From the NCBI GenBank assembly GCA_963845755.1, contig CAWJTV010000039.1:224001-288000 (forward strand): a stretch of DNA of 64,000 nucleotides, in the 5' to 3' direction. Below the pieces are notes generated by a model. That model made no database searches. It saw only the letters and a list, made by a program, of their open reading frames with translations, and was not told the DNA's origin. The stretch comes from an uncultured Planctomycetota bacterium. Lineage in GTDB: Bacteria; Planctomycetota; Planctomycetia; Isosphaerales; Isosphaeraceae. Of this stretch, positions 11,949-23,589 are shown in pieces (position 1 is the stretch's first letter; each line of letters opens with the position of its first letter). A program made the position numbers and the translations under genes.

Positions 11949-12518
11949 TCACGGGGACTCGCTCAGCCGTTGCCGAAGCGTCTTGTAGCCACGATACAAC
12001 AAGCAGGTCACCGACGCGACGGTTTTCTCCATCCGCCGGGCGGCCTCCGCCACCGAGAGCCCCTGAAGGTGATGGAGCTCCACGGCGGTCCGTTGGTTCT
12101 CGGGCAGCGCGGCGAGGGCTTCGGCCAGGATGAGCAATTGCTCGGCCTTCACGGCCTTCTGACTGGGCGTGGACTCCGCCCGGGCCAGCCACGATTCCAG
12201 CCGAGCCGAGGATTCTTCGACGCCCTCCTCCAACGAGCGAGGCCGCTCCGCGGGCTGCCGGTCGAACCTTCGTATCGTCCGCGCCAGATGATTGGCCAGG
12301 ATCGTTCGAAGCCACGCCGCCAGCTCGGCATGGGTCCGGCCTCGAAACTGTGCCAGCTTTTCGTGAGCGATGAGCAGGGTCTGCTGCACGACATCCGACG
12401 GGTCGAGGCGGCTGCGCAGCCGGGGGTCAATCTGGCAACGAGCCAGGAGGCGGAGATAATCGGCGTATCGCTCCAGCGGCAGCGGAGCACCACCGGCCTC
12501 TTCAGACATCGAAACCAT
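11949..12518 (-). CDS. ECF sigma-70 factor, planctomycete type
   Basis: LRLLARCQIDPRLRSRLDPSDVVQQT, AWLRTILAN, and a region-4 HTH (LPENQRTAVELHHLQGLSVAE). Ends 10 bp upstream of the kinase. Confidence 0.9.
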   Translation of the reverse strand: MVSMSEEAGGAPLPLERYADYLRLLARCQIDPRLRSRLDPSDVVQQTLLIAHEKLAQFRGRTHAELAAWLRTILANHLARTIRRFDRQPAERPRSLEEGVEESSARLESWLARAESTPSQKAVKAEQLLILAEALAALPENQRTAVELHHLQGLSVAEAARRMEKTVASVTCLLYRGYKTLRQRLSESP

Positions 12519-12970
12519 GAACCCTCGTGATTGACGCCAATCGTGACGGCACTTATCATCCCACACCGTCGCGCTCGAAGACAAGGTCCGCCGACACGTT
12601 ACGCAGCCTTCGCGCCCTCGGGGAATACCTTATTCTTTTTTGAGGGCCGACCGAACTGCCATTCATGCGCGTGATGATAGCGGGCCTCGAACACCGGTAT
12701 CCTGGCTCGAGGGTTCCGTCGCCTCCGCCGATCCGGACGCAACAAGAATCCGTAGGGGTTTATGCAACTGGAGCGACTCTTCTTCGGATCATACAGTTAG
12801 AGACGCGGACAATGACCCACTCCCTTCCAAACCCACGGTCCATACATCAATGAATGCTGGCCGACGGTCCTGGTGGATCTCCGGGGATGGACACATCGCA
12901 TGGAACACGACCTCGAAACAAGACTGGCGCCAATCGTGCATGCGATCGAATCGACGAGGCGGACGATGCC

Positions 12971-13121
12971 GAATTGACGAAACGAAGCCAGGGCAAAGCG
13001 TGCATGCGAATCGGTCTGCCAGCCAGACACCGCGGAAAATCACCAAAACGAAGCCAGCGATTGAAACGTATGTCCACTATCTGGGCGATGTCGGCAACAG
13101 GAAATCAAGAAAACGAAGCCA
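12971..13121. repeat. Three regularly spaced ~20-bp direct repeats (core aaacgaagcca)
   Basis: Core at 12980, 13046 and 13111, giving periods of 66 and 65 bp with unrelated spacers. Confidence 0.7.
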
Positions 13122-13168
13122 AGTACATGGTCAATTGTGCGCTAAATGTACCTGAGGAGTCATGATTG

Positions 13169-14018
13169 ATGAGTGATGTCACTACGACAACGATCCGGGT
13201 CGGGCACAGTCCCGACTCGGATGATGCATTCATGTTCTATGCCCTGACACACGATAAGGTCGATACGGAGGGGCTGCGGTTCAATCACCAGCTTGAGGAC
13301 ATCGAGACACTCAATCAACGTGCACTCAAGGGGGAGCTGGAGGTCTCGGCAGTTAGTATCCATGCGTTCGCGTACCTGGCGGATCGGTACTGCGCTGCTG
13401 GCGTCCGGCTCGAGCATGGGAGATCAATATGGTCCGACATTGGTTACGCGTCAGCCTCTGACACTCGACGACCTCCGCGGCCGGACGATCGCGATTCCGG
13501 GAAAGCTGACGACGGCCTATCTGACCATGCAGCTTTGTTTGGGAAAGGATACGCCGGTCGTCGTGATGCCGTTCGACCAGATCCTGCCGGCCGTGGCGGA
13601 AGGTCGGGTCGAGGCAGGACTTCTGATCCACGAGGGGCAGCTCTACTATGGGGAGCGGGGGCTGCATAAGGTCGTCGACCTGGGCCAGTGGTGGCACGCT
13701 CAGACGGGGCTGCCACTGCCGCTGGGGGGCAACGTGGTCCGCAGGGACCTGGGCGAGGCGCGGGTGGCCCAGATCGCCCGGCTCATCAAGGAAAGCATCC
13801 GCTATGCGCTCGACCATCGCGCGGAAGCCCTCGAATATGCCATGCGCTACGCCCGCGATCTGGAACCCGCCCTGGCCGACCGGTTCGTGGGGATGTATGT
13901 CAACGACTGGACGATCGATTACGGGCCAGTCGGCCGAGAGGCCGTCCGCACCCTTCTGAATCGTGCGGCGGAAGCGGGTTTAGTCCCGGGACCACTTGAC
14001 GTACAATTTGTCGGATGA
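13169..14018 (+). CDS. mqnD: MqnD-like menaquinone (futalosine pathway) protein (frameshift at about 13391)
   Basis: [48 protein letters not shown]. Confidence 0.82.
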
Positions 14019-14049
14019 TCCCGCCGGCCCGTGTGATAAAGGACGACCC

Positions 14050-16854
14050 ATGCCGAACTCCTTCGATGCCCGCTCAACGCTCTCGGTGGACGGTCAGACG
14101 TTCCACTACTATCGGCTCGACGCGCTCAGCCGGTCCGGGCTCGATGCCGCGCGCCTGCCGTTTTCTCTCAAGATTTTGCTGGAAAACCTCTTGCGTCACG
14201 AGGACGGGGTCACCGTCACGGCCGAAGATATCCAGGGGCTGGTGTCGTGGGATCCCAAGGCAGAGCCGGACCGCGAGATCGCCTTCCGGCCCAGCCGGGT
14301 GCTGCTCCAGGACTTCACCGGCGTGCCGGCGATCGTCAACCTCGCCGCCATGCGCGATGCCATGAAGCGGTTAGGGGGCGATCCGAAGAAGATCAACCCG
14401 CTACAGCCGGTCGAGCTGGTCATCGACCACTCGGTGCAGGTTGACGAGGCCGGCACGCCGCAAGCCTTCACCGCCAACGCGGACCTCGAATTCCAGCGCA
14501 ACCGCGAGCGGTATGCGTTCCTCCGCTGGGGGCAGAACGCGTTCGATAACTTCCGCGTCGTCCCACCGGACACCGGGATCGTCCATCAGGTCAACCTCGA
14601 ATACCTGGCCCGCGTGGTCTTCGATGTCCAGGAGGGGGGCACGCGGACGGCGTATCCGGACACCTTGGTCGGCACCGACTCACACACGACCATGATCAAC
14701 GGGTTGGGCGTGCTGGGCTGGGGGGTCGGCGGCATCGAGGCCGAGGCGGCCATGCTCGGGCAGGCCGTCTCGATGCTGGTGCCCCAGGTCGTCGGTTTCA
14801 AGCTCACCGGCACCCTCCGCGAAGGGGCCACGGCCACCGATCTGGTGCTCACCGTCACCCAGATGCTGAGGAAAAAAGGGGTCGTCGGCAAGTTCGTCGA
14901 GTATTACGGGGACGGCCTGGCCGGCCTGCCGCTGGCGGACCGGGCCACGATTGCCAACATGGCCCCCGAGTACGGCGCGACCTGTGGCCTGTTCCCGATC
15001 GACGCCGAGACTCTCCGTTACCTGGAGCTCTCGGGCCGGCCGGCTCGGCAGATCCGGCTGGTCGAGGCGTATGCCAAGGCGCAGGGCATGTTCCACACGT
15101 CCGGAGCCGCCGAGGCCGAGTATTCCGACACCCTGGAGCTCGACCTGTCGACCGTCGAGCCCAGCCTCGCCGGACCCCGGCGCCCGCAGGACCGCGTCCC
15201 CCTGCACGCCGCCAAGGCGTCCTTTGCTGCGGCCCTCAAGGAGTTGCAGGCCGCGAAACCCAAAGCCAAGGGGAAACCCGCGCCGACCGCCGCGCCCTTG
15301 CCGGTCCTCGATCGGTTTGCCGGCGAGGGAGGAGGTACGGCCATCGGCCACGACGAAGTAGACGGGCACAACGGGGCCGCGGCGGAAGCGGCCCGCTCGG
15401 TCACCAACGGCTCGGTCGTGATCGCGGCGATCACCAGTTGCACCAATACGTCGAATCCGTCGGTCATGGTCGCCGCCGGGCTGCTGGCCAAGAAGGCCGT
15501 CGAGCATGGTCTGAAGACCAAGCCCTGGGTCAAGGCCAGCCTGGCGCCGGGTTCCAAGGTCGTCACCGACTACCTCCACGATGCCGGGCTCGACACCTAT
15601 CTCGACCAGCTCCGGTTCAACCTGGTCGGCTATGGCTGCACCACCTGCATCGGCAATTCCGGCCCGTTGCCGCCGGCCATCTCCGAGGCGATCAACGAAG
15701 ATGACCTGGTGGCCGTCGCCGTCCTCTCGGGCAACCGCAACTTCGAGGGCCGGATCAATTCGGATGTCCGTGCCAACTACCTGGCCTCGCCCCCGCTGGT
15801 CGTGGCCTATGCCCTGGCGGGCACCATGGACGTCGACCTTCAGAACGATCCGCTGGGCTCCGACCCTCAGGGCCGGCCGGTCTTCCTCAAGGACATCTGG
15901 CCCAGCCAGCACGAGATCCAGCAAGCCGTCCAGAAGTCGGTCCGCTCGGAGATGTTCCGCGCCAAGTACGCCGAGGTCTTCGGCGGCGACGAGCGGTGGA
16001 GTACGCTGCCGGTCCCGGAGGGCGACCTCTATCAATGGGACGAATCCTCGACGTACGTCAAGAATCCCCCGTATTTCAGCGATATGGGGGTCGAGCCGGT
16101 ACCAGTTGCGCCGATCGAGAATGCCCGGGTCCTGGCCATGCTGGGCGACAGTATCACCACCGACCATATCTCGCCGGCCGGCTCGATCAAGCCGGACAGC
16201 CCCGCGGGGCGATACTTGATCGAGCGGGAAGTGGGTGTGGCCGACTTCAATTCCTACGGGTCCCGGCGCGGGAACGACGAGGTGATGGTCCGCGGGACGT
16301 TCGCCAACATCCGGCTGCGGAACCGCCTCGCCCCGGGGACGGAAGGGGGATGGACCCGCCACCTTCCCGACGGCGAACAGATGACCATCTTCGACGCCTC
16401 CCGGCGCTACCAGGACGCGGGGGTTCCGCTCGTGGTCCTGGCCGGCAAGGAGTACGGCTCGGGCTCGTCGCGCGACTGGGCCGCCAAGGGTCCACGGCTC
16501 CTGGGCATCCGCGCCGTGATCGCCGAGAGTTACGAGCGAATCCATCGGTCCAACCTGGTGGGCATGGGCGTCCTCCCGCTCCAGTTCCGCCCCGGCGAGA
16601 CCGCCGAGAGCCTGGGACTGACCGGGGAAGAACTCTACGCGATCGAGGGACTGCCCGAAGCGATCTCCGGCCGGTTCGCGTCCGGTAGAGAATTGACCGT
16701 GACCGCCCGGCGCGACGGTCAGCCGCCGATCCGATTTCGGGTGGGTGTTCGGATCGACACCCCGCAAGAGATCCGCTACTATGAACATGGTGGAATCCTC
16801 CCGTACGTGCTTCGACAACTGCTGCACGGCGAGTCGCAGGGAGGTACCACCTGA
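14050..16854 (+). CDS. acnA: Aconitate hydratase A
   Basis: [61 protein letters not shown]. Confidence 0.97.
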   Translation: MPNSFDARSTLSVDGQTFHYYRLDALSRSGLDAARLPFSLKILLENLLRHEDGVTVTAEDIQGLVSWDPKAEPDREIAFRPSRVLLQDFTGVPAIVNLAAMRDAMKRLGGDPKKINPLQPVELVIDHSVQVDEAGTPQAFTANADLEFQRNRERYAFLRWGQNAFDNFRVVPPDTGIVHQVNLEYLARVVFDVQEGGTRTAYPDTLVGTDSHTTMINGLGVLGWGVGGIEAEAAMLGQAVSMLVPQVVGFKLTGTLREGATATDLVLTVTQMLRKKGVVGKFVEYYGDGLAGLPLADRATIANMAPEYGATCGLFPIDAETLRYLELSGRPARQIRLVEAYAKAQGMFHTSGAAEAEYSDTLELDLSTVEPSLAGPRRPQDRVPLHAAKASFAAALKELQAAKPKAKGKPAPTAAPLPVLDRFAGEGGGTAIGHDEVDGHNGAAAEAARSVTNGSVVIAAITSCTNTSNPSVMVAAGLLAKKAVEHGLKTKPWVKASLAPGSKVVTDYLHDAGLDTYLDQLRFNLVGYGCTTCIGNSGPLPPAISEAINEDDLVAVAVLSGNRNFEGRINSDVRANYLASPPLVVAYALAGTMDVDLQNDPLGSDPQGRPVFLKDIWPSQHEIQQAVQKSVRSEMFRAKYAEVFGGDERWSTLPVPEGDLYQWDESSTYVKNPPYFSDMGVEPVPVAPIENARVLAMLGDSITTDHISPAGSIKPDSPAGRYLIEREVGVADFNSYGSRRGNDEVMVRGTFANIRLRNRLAPGTEGGWTRHLPDGEQMTIFDASRRYQDAGVPLVVLAGKEYGSGSSRDWAAKGPRLLGIRAVIAESYERIHRSNLVGMGVLPLQFRPGETAESLGLTGEELYAIEGLPEAISGRFASGRELTVTARRDGQPPIRFRVGVRIDTPQEIRYYEHGGILPYVLRQLLHGESQGGTT

Positions 16855-16880
16855 CGCGGGTTTCGGCTGGCACAGGATTC

Positions 16881-16940
16881 GTAGGTCAGGCAATCCAGCC
16901 TGACGTGCCTGGAGTCGTCAGGCTGGATAGCCTGACCTGC
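16881..16940. repeat. GTAG-type REP doublet downstream of acnA (possible terminator)
   Basis: gtaggtcaggcaatccagcctgacg ... cgtcaggctggatagcctgacctgc, a 25-bp inverted repeat with 2 mismatches. Confidence 0.8.
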
Positions 16941-17072
16941 GGGATACCCGCGCGAGATGCGCACGGTACAAAGATCCCACGGAGGCTCGCCCCCCCGATC
17001 CCTCCTTCGACAGAAATACCCTCCTAACGCCGTCCTACCGTTTTTCGCACGAACTCAGGAGTCGTGAAGATT

Positions 17073-18086
17073 ATGGCGCAAGTGCAGACCGAGGCGAAAC
17101 CGATCGTCAACCGGACCCAGGCACTGGTTTGGCTCCGCCAGATGATGCTGATCCGCCGCTTCGAGGAGCGCGCGGAGATGCTCTACCAGAAAGGGAACAA
17201 GATCGGCGGATTCTTCCACCAGTACAGCGGTCAGGAGCCGGTCGCCGTCGGCTCGATCGGGGTCCTGCGGGAGGACGACTATGTGATCACGGCCTATCGC
17301 GACCACGGCCATGCCCTGGCGCGGGGCATGACGGCCAAGTCCGCGATGGCCGAGCTGCTCGGCAAGGTGACCGGTTGCTCCAAGGGGAAGGGCGGCTCGA
17401 TGCACTTCTTCGACACGGAGAAGGGGTTCCTCGGCGGTCATGCGATCGTCGGCAGCCACATCCCGCTGGCGGCCGGCGTCGCCTTCGCGGCCAAGTACCG
17501 CAACGAGGACCGGGTCTGCATCTGCTACTTCGGCGACGGTGCCCTCAACCAGGGATCCGTCCACGAAGGTATCAACATGGCGGCCCTCTGGAAGCTGCCG
17601 GCGATCTACGTCGTCGAGAACAACATGTACGCGATGGGCACCTCGCTGGCGCGGTCCTCGGCCGTGCTCGACCTGACCGCCCGCGGCGCCATTCCTTACG
17701 GGATCCCTGGCTTCTCGATCAATGGGAACGACATCGAGCTTATGGCCAAGACGACGCGCGAGGCGGTCAATCGGGCGCGAGCCGGCGAGGGACCGACTTT
17801 CATCGAGGCCCAGACCTATCGCTACAAGGGACACTCGATCAGCGATCCGGGCAAGTATCGCCTCAAGGACGAGCTCGACTCGGCCGTCCGCAACGACCCG
17901 ATCGTGGTCTATCAGAACATCCTCAAGCAGCGCGGCTGGATCGACCAGGAGGCCATCGACCGCACGCACGAAAGCGTCAAGCAAGAGGTCGAGGAGAGCA
18001 TCGCGTTCGCCGAGCAGAGCGAGCCGACGCCCCTGGATGCCCTCTATGAAGACATCACGGTAGCCCCCTACATCCCACAGGAGTAA
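17073..18086 (+). CDS. pdhA: Pyruvate dehydrogenase E1 alpha
   Basis: IRRFEE, GFFHQYSGQE, ITAYRDH, GKGGSMH, TPP-binding FGDGA..NN, YRYKGHSISD. Confidence 0.95.
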   Translation: MAQVQTEAKPIVNRTQALVWLRQMMLIRRFEERAEMLYQKGNKIGGFFHQYSGQEPVAVGSIGVLREDDYVITAYRDHGHALARGMTAKSAMAELLGKVTGCSKGKGGSMHFFDTEKGFLGGHAIVGSHIPLAAGVAFAAKYRNEDRVCICYFGDGALNQGSVHEGINMAALWKLPAIYVVENNMYAMGTSLARSSAVLDLTARGAIPYGIPGFSINGNDIELMAKTTREAVNRARAGEGPTFIEAQTYRYKGHSISDPGKYRLKDELDSAVRNDPIVVYQNILKQRGWIDQEAIDRTHESVKQEVEESIAFAEQSEPTPLDALYEDITVAPYIPQE

Positions 18087-18088
18087 AC

Positions 18089-19066
18089 ATGGCGGTGATT
18101 TCGTATCGTGAGGCCCTGAATCAGGCGATGACCGAGGAGATGGACCGCGACGACAATGTCTTCCTCATGGGCGAGGAAGTGGCGCAGTACGACGGGGCCT
18201 ACAAGGTCAGCCAGGGCATGCTCAAGCGGTTCGGCCCGCGACGGGTGGTGGATACGCCGATCTCGGAGGCGGGCTTCGCGGGCATCGGCATCGGTGCCGC
18301 GATGGCCGGGCTCCGGCCGATCATCGAGTTCATGACGTTCAGCTTCAGCCTGGTGGCCATCGACCAGATCGTGAATAACGCGGCCAACATGCGGTACATG
18401 AGCGGCGGCCAGTTCGCCGTGCCGATCGTCTTCCGCGGCAGCTCGGGGATGGCCGGCTGTCTCGCGGCGACCCACTCGCACCGGCTGGAGTCGTGGTACG
18501 CCCACATCCCCGGCCTGACGGTGATCCTCCCCGCGACGCCCGCCGACGCCAAGGGGCTGCTCAAGAGCGCCATCCGCTCCGACGACCCGGTGGTCTTCAT
18601 CGAGCATGAGGTCCTCTACCACGACCGCGGCGAGGTCCCCGACGGCGAGCACCTGATCCCGATCGGCAAGGCCGAGATCAAGCGCCCGGGCTCCGACGTC
18701 ACATTGATCACCTATTCGCGATCGCTCAAGGCGACCCTCGCCGCGGCCGAGGCCCTCGCCGAGGAGGAGATCGATGCCGAGGTGATCGACCTCCGCACCG
18801 TCCGTCCGCTCGACCTGGACGCACTCCTGGCCTCGGTCCGCAAGACCCATCGCGCCGTGATCGTCGAGGAGGACTGGCCGTATTGCGGACTCGGCGCGGG
18901 GATCTCCGACCGGATCACCCGGGCGGCCTTCGACGAGCTCGATGCGCCGATCCTCCGGGTGACCGCCAAGGATGCGCCGATCCCGTACAACCGGGCCCTC
19001 GAGGCGTCGATGCTCCCCTCGGTCAACCGCGTCGTCGCCGCGGTCCATGATGTCCTTTACCTTTGA
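18089..19066 (+). CDS. pdhB: Pyruvate dehydrogenase E1 beta
   Basis: YREALNQA, MGEEV, DTPISEAGFAG, EFMTFSF, AIDQIVN, VIDLRTVRPLD. Confidence 0.95.
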   Translation: MAVISYREALNQAMTEEMDRDDNVFLMGEEVAQYDGAYKVSQGMLKRFGPRRVVDTPISEAGFAGIGIGAAMAGLRPIIEFMTFSFSLVAIDQIVNNAANMRYMSGGQFAVPIVFRGSSGMAGCLAATHSHRLESWYAHIPGLTVILPATPADAKGLLKSAIRSDDPVVFIEHEVLYHDRGEVPDGEHLIPIGKAEIKRPGSDVTLITYSRSLKATLAAAEALAEEEIDAEVIDLRTVRPLDLDALLASVRKTHRAVIVEEDWPYCGLGAGISDRITRAAFDELDAPILRVTAKDAPIPYNRALEASMLPSVNRVVAAVHDVLYL

Positions 19067-19080
19067 GTGGGAGAAGAGAC

Positions 19081-20495
19081 ATGCCGATCGAAGTCACGAT
19101 GCCAAAGCTCAGCCCCACGATGGAGACCGGCGTGATCGCGCAGTGGCTGGTCAAGGTCGGGGACCAGATCAAGGAAGGCGACGTGCTGGCGGAGATCGAG
19201 ACGGACAAGGCCACCATGCCGATGAAGTCGTACGACGACGGCACGGTCGTCCAGATCGACCATGCCGCCGGCGACGAGGTCGCGCTGGGGCAGCGGGTGC
19301 TGGTGCTGGCCAAGAAGGGTGAGGACCCGCAGCAGGTCGCGGCGAGCCTGGGCGGGGGCTCGGCGGCGCAGTCCAAGCCCACGGCCCCAGCGGCGGGCGG
19401 CAAGGCGGCCTCGGCGCCGAAGAAGGCCGAAGCCGACGACCGCGGCCCGGAGCCGGATCGTTCCCGAGGGAATGGCCAGCAGAAGCCCGACGCCGGCAAC
19501 GGCCGAAAGGCGGTCGACGAGGAACCCCAGGACGGCTCGGACACCCGGCGCCTCAAGGTCAGTCCGCTGGCGCGGAAGCTGGCCGAGTCGTCGGGCATCG
19601 AGCTGTCGCGGGTGCGCGGGTCGGGGCCCGGCGGACGGATCGTCCGGCGCGACATCGAGGAAATCCTGGAACGGTCGCCGGGATCCGGGTCCCCTGCGAC
19701 GGCCGTCGAGGAGCCGGACGAAGTCGATGCAGCCGAACCGGAGCCCACTCCCGCTGCGAGTCCAAAGACGGCCCCGGTGCCTCCAACGCGACCGTCCCCG
19801 GCTCCGCTCGCCGCCCAGCGCATCCCGCACACCCGGATGCGCAAGACCATCGCTCAGCGGATGCTCCAGGCCAAGCAGGCCGCACCCGAGATCCACCTGA
19901 CCGTCAACATCCGTGCCGACCGCCTGGTCGCCGCGCGCGAGGAGTTGAACAAGCGTCTGGCCCGCGACGGGATCAAGCTCTCGCTGGGCGACTTCGTCAC
20001 CAAGGCCGTGGCCCTGGCGTTGCGAGCCCATCCCGGCGTGAATGCCAGCTTCGAGGCCGACGCGATCGTCCGCCACGCCGAGGTCAACATCGGGATCGCC
20101 GTGGCATTGCCCGACGGACTCATCGTCCCGGTGCTGCATCACGCCGACACCCTGGGCCTGCGCGAGATCCGCCGGCAGAGCGAGGCGCTCGCCACCGCGG
20201 CCCGCGCCAGCACCCTGACCGGCGAGCAGCTCACCGGCAGCACGTTCACGATCTCCAACCTCGGCATGTACGGCATCCGCCAGTTCGACGCGATCATCAA
20301 CCTGCCCGAGGTCGGCATCCTCGCAGTCGGCGCCGCCGACAAGCGCCCGGTCGTCGAGGGGGACCGCCTGGTCGTCGGCAGCGTGATGACCGTCACCCTG
20401 ACCGCCGACCACCGCGCCGTCGACGGCGCCCTGGCCGCCGAGTTCCTCCAGACCCTCAGGGCATCCTGGAGGAACCGACGTCGATGCTCTTATAA
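19081..20495 (+). CDS. pdhC: Dihydrolipoamide acetyltransferase E2 (frameshift near 20460)
   Basis: MPKLSPTME, lipoyl motif EIETDKA, E3-binding SPLARKLA, TFTISNLGM, DHRAVDGA. The expected end ILEEPTSMLL* is in another frame (TAA 20493-20495). Confidence 0.92.
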
Positions 20496-20570
20496 TCGGG
20501 CATCGGGCGTCGGGCATGGCGATTCTGGTATCCTGCCCCGATGGTTCCGACTCTCCTCGAGGACACACTC

Positions 20571-21842
20571 ATGACCTCTCCTGGAACGAATGCGGAACCG
20601 GCTTTTGCGCTGGCGAAAGATCGCTATGCGGACTGGGGCGTCAACGTCGAGGCGGCCATGCGCCGGCTGTCGACCCTCGCGATCTCGCTGCACTGCTGGC
20701 AGGGGGACGACGTCGGCGGGTTCGAGAATGCGGGCCAGGAGATCGGTGGCGGCCTGGCGGTGACGGGCAACTATCCGGGCAAGGCGCGCACCGCCGACGA
20801 GCTCCGCTCCGACCTGGACAAGACCCTCTCCCTCTTGCCGGGCAAGCATCGCCTGAACCTCCACGCCAGCTATGCCGAGACCGCCGGCCGTAAGGTCGAG
20901 CGCGATGCACTCCAGCCCGAGCACTTCCGCGGCTGGATCGACTGGGCGAAAGCCCGACGGGTCGGCATGGACTTCAACCCCACGTATTTCGCCCACCCGC
21001 TGGCCGCCGATGGGTATACGCTGGCGCACCCGGTCGAGAAAACCCGCCGGTTCTGGATCGATCACGGGATCGCTTGCAGGCGGATCGGCGCCGAGATCGG
21101 CAAGGCGCTGGGGACGCCGTGCGTCACGAACGTCTGGATCCCCGACGGCTCGAAGGAGCCGCCCATCGATCGCAAGACTCCGCGCCGGCGGCTGGCCGAC
21201 TCCCTCGACGCGATCTTCGCCGAGCCGATCGACCCGAAGTTCCATCGCGACGCCGTCGAGGGCAAGCTCTTCGGCATCGGCTCGGAGAGCTACGTCGTCG
21301 GCTCGCACGAGTTCTACCTGGGATATGCCATCACGCGGAAGAAGCTCCTGTGCCTCGACGCCGGTCATTATCATCCGACCGAGGTCGTCTCCGACAAGGT
21401 CTCCGCCGTCCTCCAGCACCTCGACGAGATCCTGCTGCACGTCAGCCGGGGCGTCCGGTGGGACAGCGATCATGTCGTGATCCTCTCCGACGAACTGGAG
21501 GCGATCGCGCAGGAGCTGGTCCGGGGCGACTACCTCAAACGCGTTCACATCGGGCTCGACTTCTTCGACGCGAGCATCAACCGGGTGGCGGCCTGGGTCA
21601 TCGGCGCCCGCTCCATGCTGAAGGCGCTCTTGCTCGCGCTGCTCGAGCCGATCGAGACCCTCCGCCGGCTCGAGGCCGAGGGGGACACCACCGGCCGGCT
21701 GGCGATGCTCGAAGAGCTCAAGACCCTTCCCTTCGGCGCCGTCTGGGACCATTATTGCCGCAGTCAGGGCGTTCCGGCCGGCCGCGAATGGCTGGAGGAC
21801 GTCAAGAAGTACGAGCGTGAGGTGCTCTCGGGTCGAGGGTAG
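20571..21842 (+). CDS. rhaA: L-rhamnose isomerase
   Basis: [68 protein letters not shown]. Confidence 0.95.
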   Translation: MTSPGTNAEPAFALAKDRYADWGVNVEAAMRRLSTLAISLHCWQGDDVGGFENAGQEIGGGLAVTGNYPGKARTADELRSDLDKTLSLLPGKHRLNLHASYAETAGRKVERDALQPEHFRGWIDWAKARRVGMDFNPTYFAHPLAADGYTLAHPVEKTRRFWIDHGIACRRIGAEIGKALGTPCVTNVWIPDGSKEPPIDRKTPRRRLADSLDAIFAEPIDPKFHRDAVEGKLFGIGSESYVVGSHEFYLGYAITRKKLLCLDAGHYHPTEVVSDKVSAVLQHLDEILLHVSRGVRWDSDHVVILSDELEAIAQELVRGDYLKRVHIGLDFFDASINRVAAWVIGARSMLKALLLALLEPIETLRRLEAEGDTTGRLAMLEELKTLPFGAVWDHYCRSQGVPAGREWLEDVKKYEREVLSGRG

Positions 21843-22254
21843 CGCGGCTCCTGAATCCGTCGCGCACGCCACGGCGCGGGTGGGGCGCGGGCACGATCCG
21901 AGCGCGAAACGCTCGGGGCCGCCGGCCTGAGAACAGGTGGAATAACAGGTGGAATTGGAACGTTGGTACACTAAGTGCATCGATTGTAATAGAATTCATA
22001 ATGTGTTAAAATATTAATATTTATTTATATGGGGTGCGCGTTCACGTGCTGAGAGTGACGGTCGTTCAGCGGCGAACAAGGTGTGGGTGCGTGAAAGGCG
22101 ATCCAGCCGTCATGGGGCCAGAGAGCTGCGTCAAACCCACGGCCTTGAAGCAATCGTTATCGGTCAGCCCCACTTCCGCAACTGCTGGGAGCGGGCTGGA
22201 GGATCTCACCGTTTGATCGGAAATCAAGAGCCACACACATTTGAGGAGCAGAAT

Positions 22255-23230
22255 ATGACGCAGTACATCATCGATCATCTGGCGACAAGGCGGGCATTTC
22301 TGGGCGGCACGGCCGCCCTGGCAGGGTGCGCGGTCATGCCGCGCAGCGTCTTCGGCGCTGACGCTGCCAAGCCCGACTCCGTCTTCAACGGCGTGCGAAT
22401 CGGTTGCATCACCTATAGCTATCGCGGCGGCGCCAATACCGCCGAGTACACGCTCGAGTGCCTCCTGAAGGATGGCCTGAGCGAGACGGAGTTGATGGAC
22501 GGACCCATCCGCTCCTTCGCCGGGATTACGGGTGGAGGCGGCGGGCGCGACCGTGGTCGGCGCGGCGGGGCGGGCAACGACGCCCAGCAACCGGCGTCTC
22601 CCTCGGTGAGCGATGCCGACCGCGCCAAGCTCGCGCGAGTCGCAGCTCGCCAAGTGCGCACAGCTCCGCAAGATGTACAACGACGCTGGCGTCAACATCC
22701 ATATCCACAAGTTCCCCTTCGGCCCGACCGACGACGACATCAACTTCAACTTTGAGATCGCCAAGGCTCTGGGCTGCAAGGCCATCACCACCGAGCGCAA
22801 CGACCAGCAGGCCAAGCGCCTCGCCCCGTTTGCCGAGAAGCACAAGATCTGGGTCGCCTTCCACAACCACACGAACAACACGCCGACGATCGAGGACATC
22901 GATCCGCTGCTGAACGTCGGCGAGTACATCGGCTTCAATTTCGACATCGGACACTACGTCGCCGGCACCAAGGGCAAATCGCCGATCCCGGTCATTGAGA
23001 AATACCACGACAAGATCATCAGCATGCACCTGAAAGACCGCACCGCCGCTGGCGGCAATCTCCCCTGGGGCCAGGGTCAGACGCCAATCAAGGAGGTCCT
23101 GCAACTGCTCAAGAAGGAGAAGTGGCCGATCTACGCCGACATTGAGCTGGAATACCGGATTCCACCGGGCTCCGACGCGGTGAAGGAGGTGGCCAAGTGC
23201 GTGCAGTACTGCAAGGAATCGCTCGCTTGA
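22255..23230 (+). CDS. Tat-exported sugar phosphate isomerase/epimerase (xylose isomerase-like TIM barrel; frameshift near 22633)
   Basis: TRRAFLGG signal, FNGVRIGCITYSYR, VAFHNH, FNFDIGH, MHLKD, DIELEY. Confidence 0.8.
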
Positions 23231-23589
23231 GAAGCGGATTCGTAACCGGATAATGAGCAGGCCCTGCGCGGTTCGCCAGCGAACGACAGTGACCGAGAAA
23301 AGAGACGTATGCGCATTGGCTTGTTCAAATGGCAGATGGTGGTCGTCGCGAGTTTCCTTCGGCTCTTCAGGCCGCCGGAGATCGGGCATGTGCCACGGAC
23401 CCCGGGTTCCACGCGGGGCTGGGCCCTTGAGGCTCGTTGGGCCGCCGAAGATCGACCGATAACGCGTGCGCAACCCATCTGTTACACGCTCGAAGACGAT
23501 GGTGCCGCGTCGATCGGTTGTTTTCCGGCCCCAAATCGGTCACAATGATCGCCCCGCTGACAGTTGTCGATGGTGCGAGATCGTGATCG

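Noticed and set aside
12971..13121. CRISPR array
   Set aside because: Only three short degenerate repeats, not palindromic, and no cas genes. Kept as an unexplained repeat instead.
13169..20495. Pseudogenisation of mqnD, pdhC and other frameshifted genes
   Set aside because: Single indels with otherwise intact motifs, mostly at GCGC or short runs. Sequencing error is more likely.
17073..20495. PDH operon lacking E3 (lpdA) as a novelty
   Set aside because: E3 is commonly encoded elsewhere and shared between complexes.
22030..22250. Riboswitch or tRNA fragment after the AT-rich tract
   Set aside because: No recognisable consensus or cloverleaf by eye. An Rfam/tRNAscan search would be needed.
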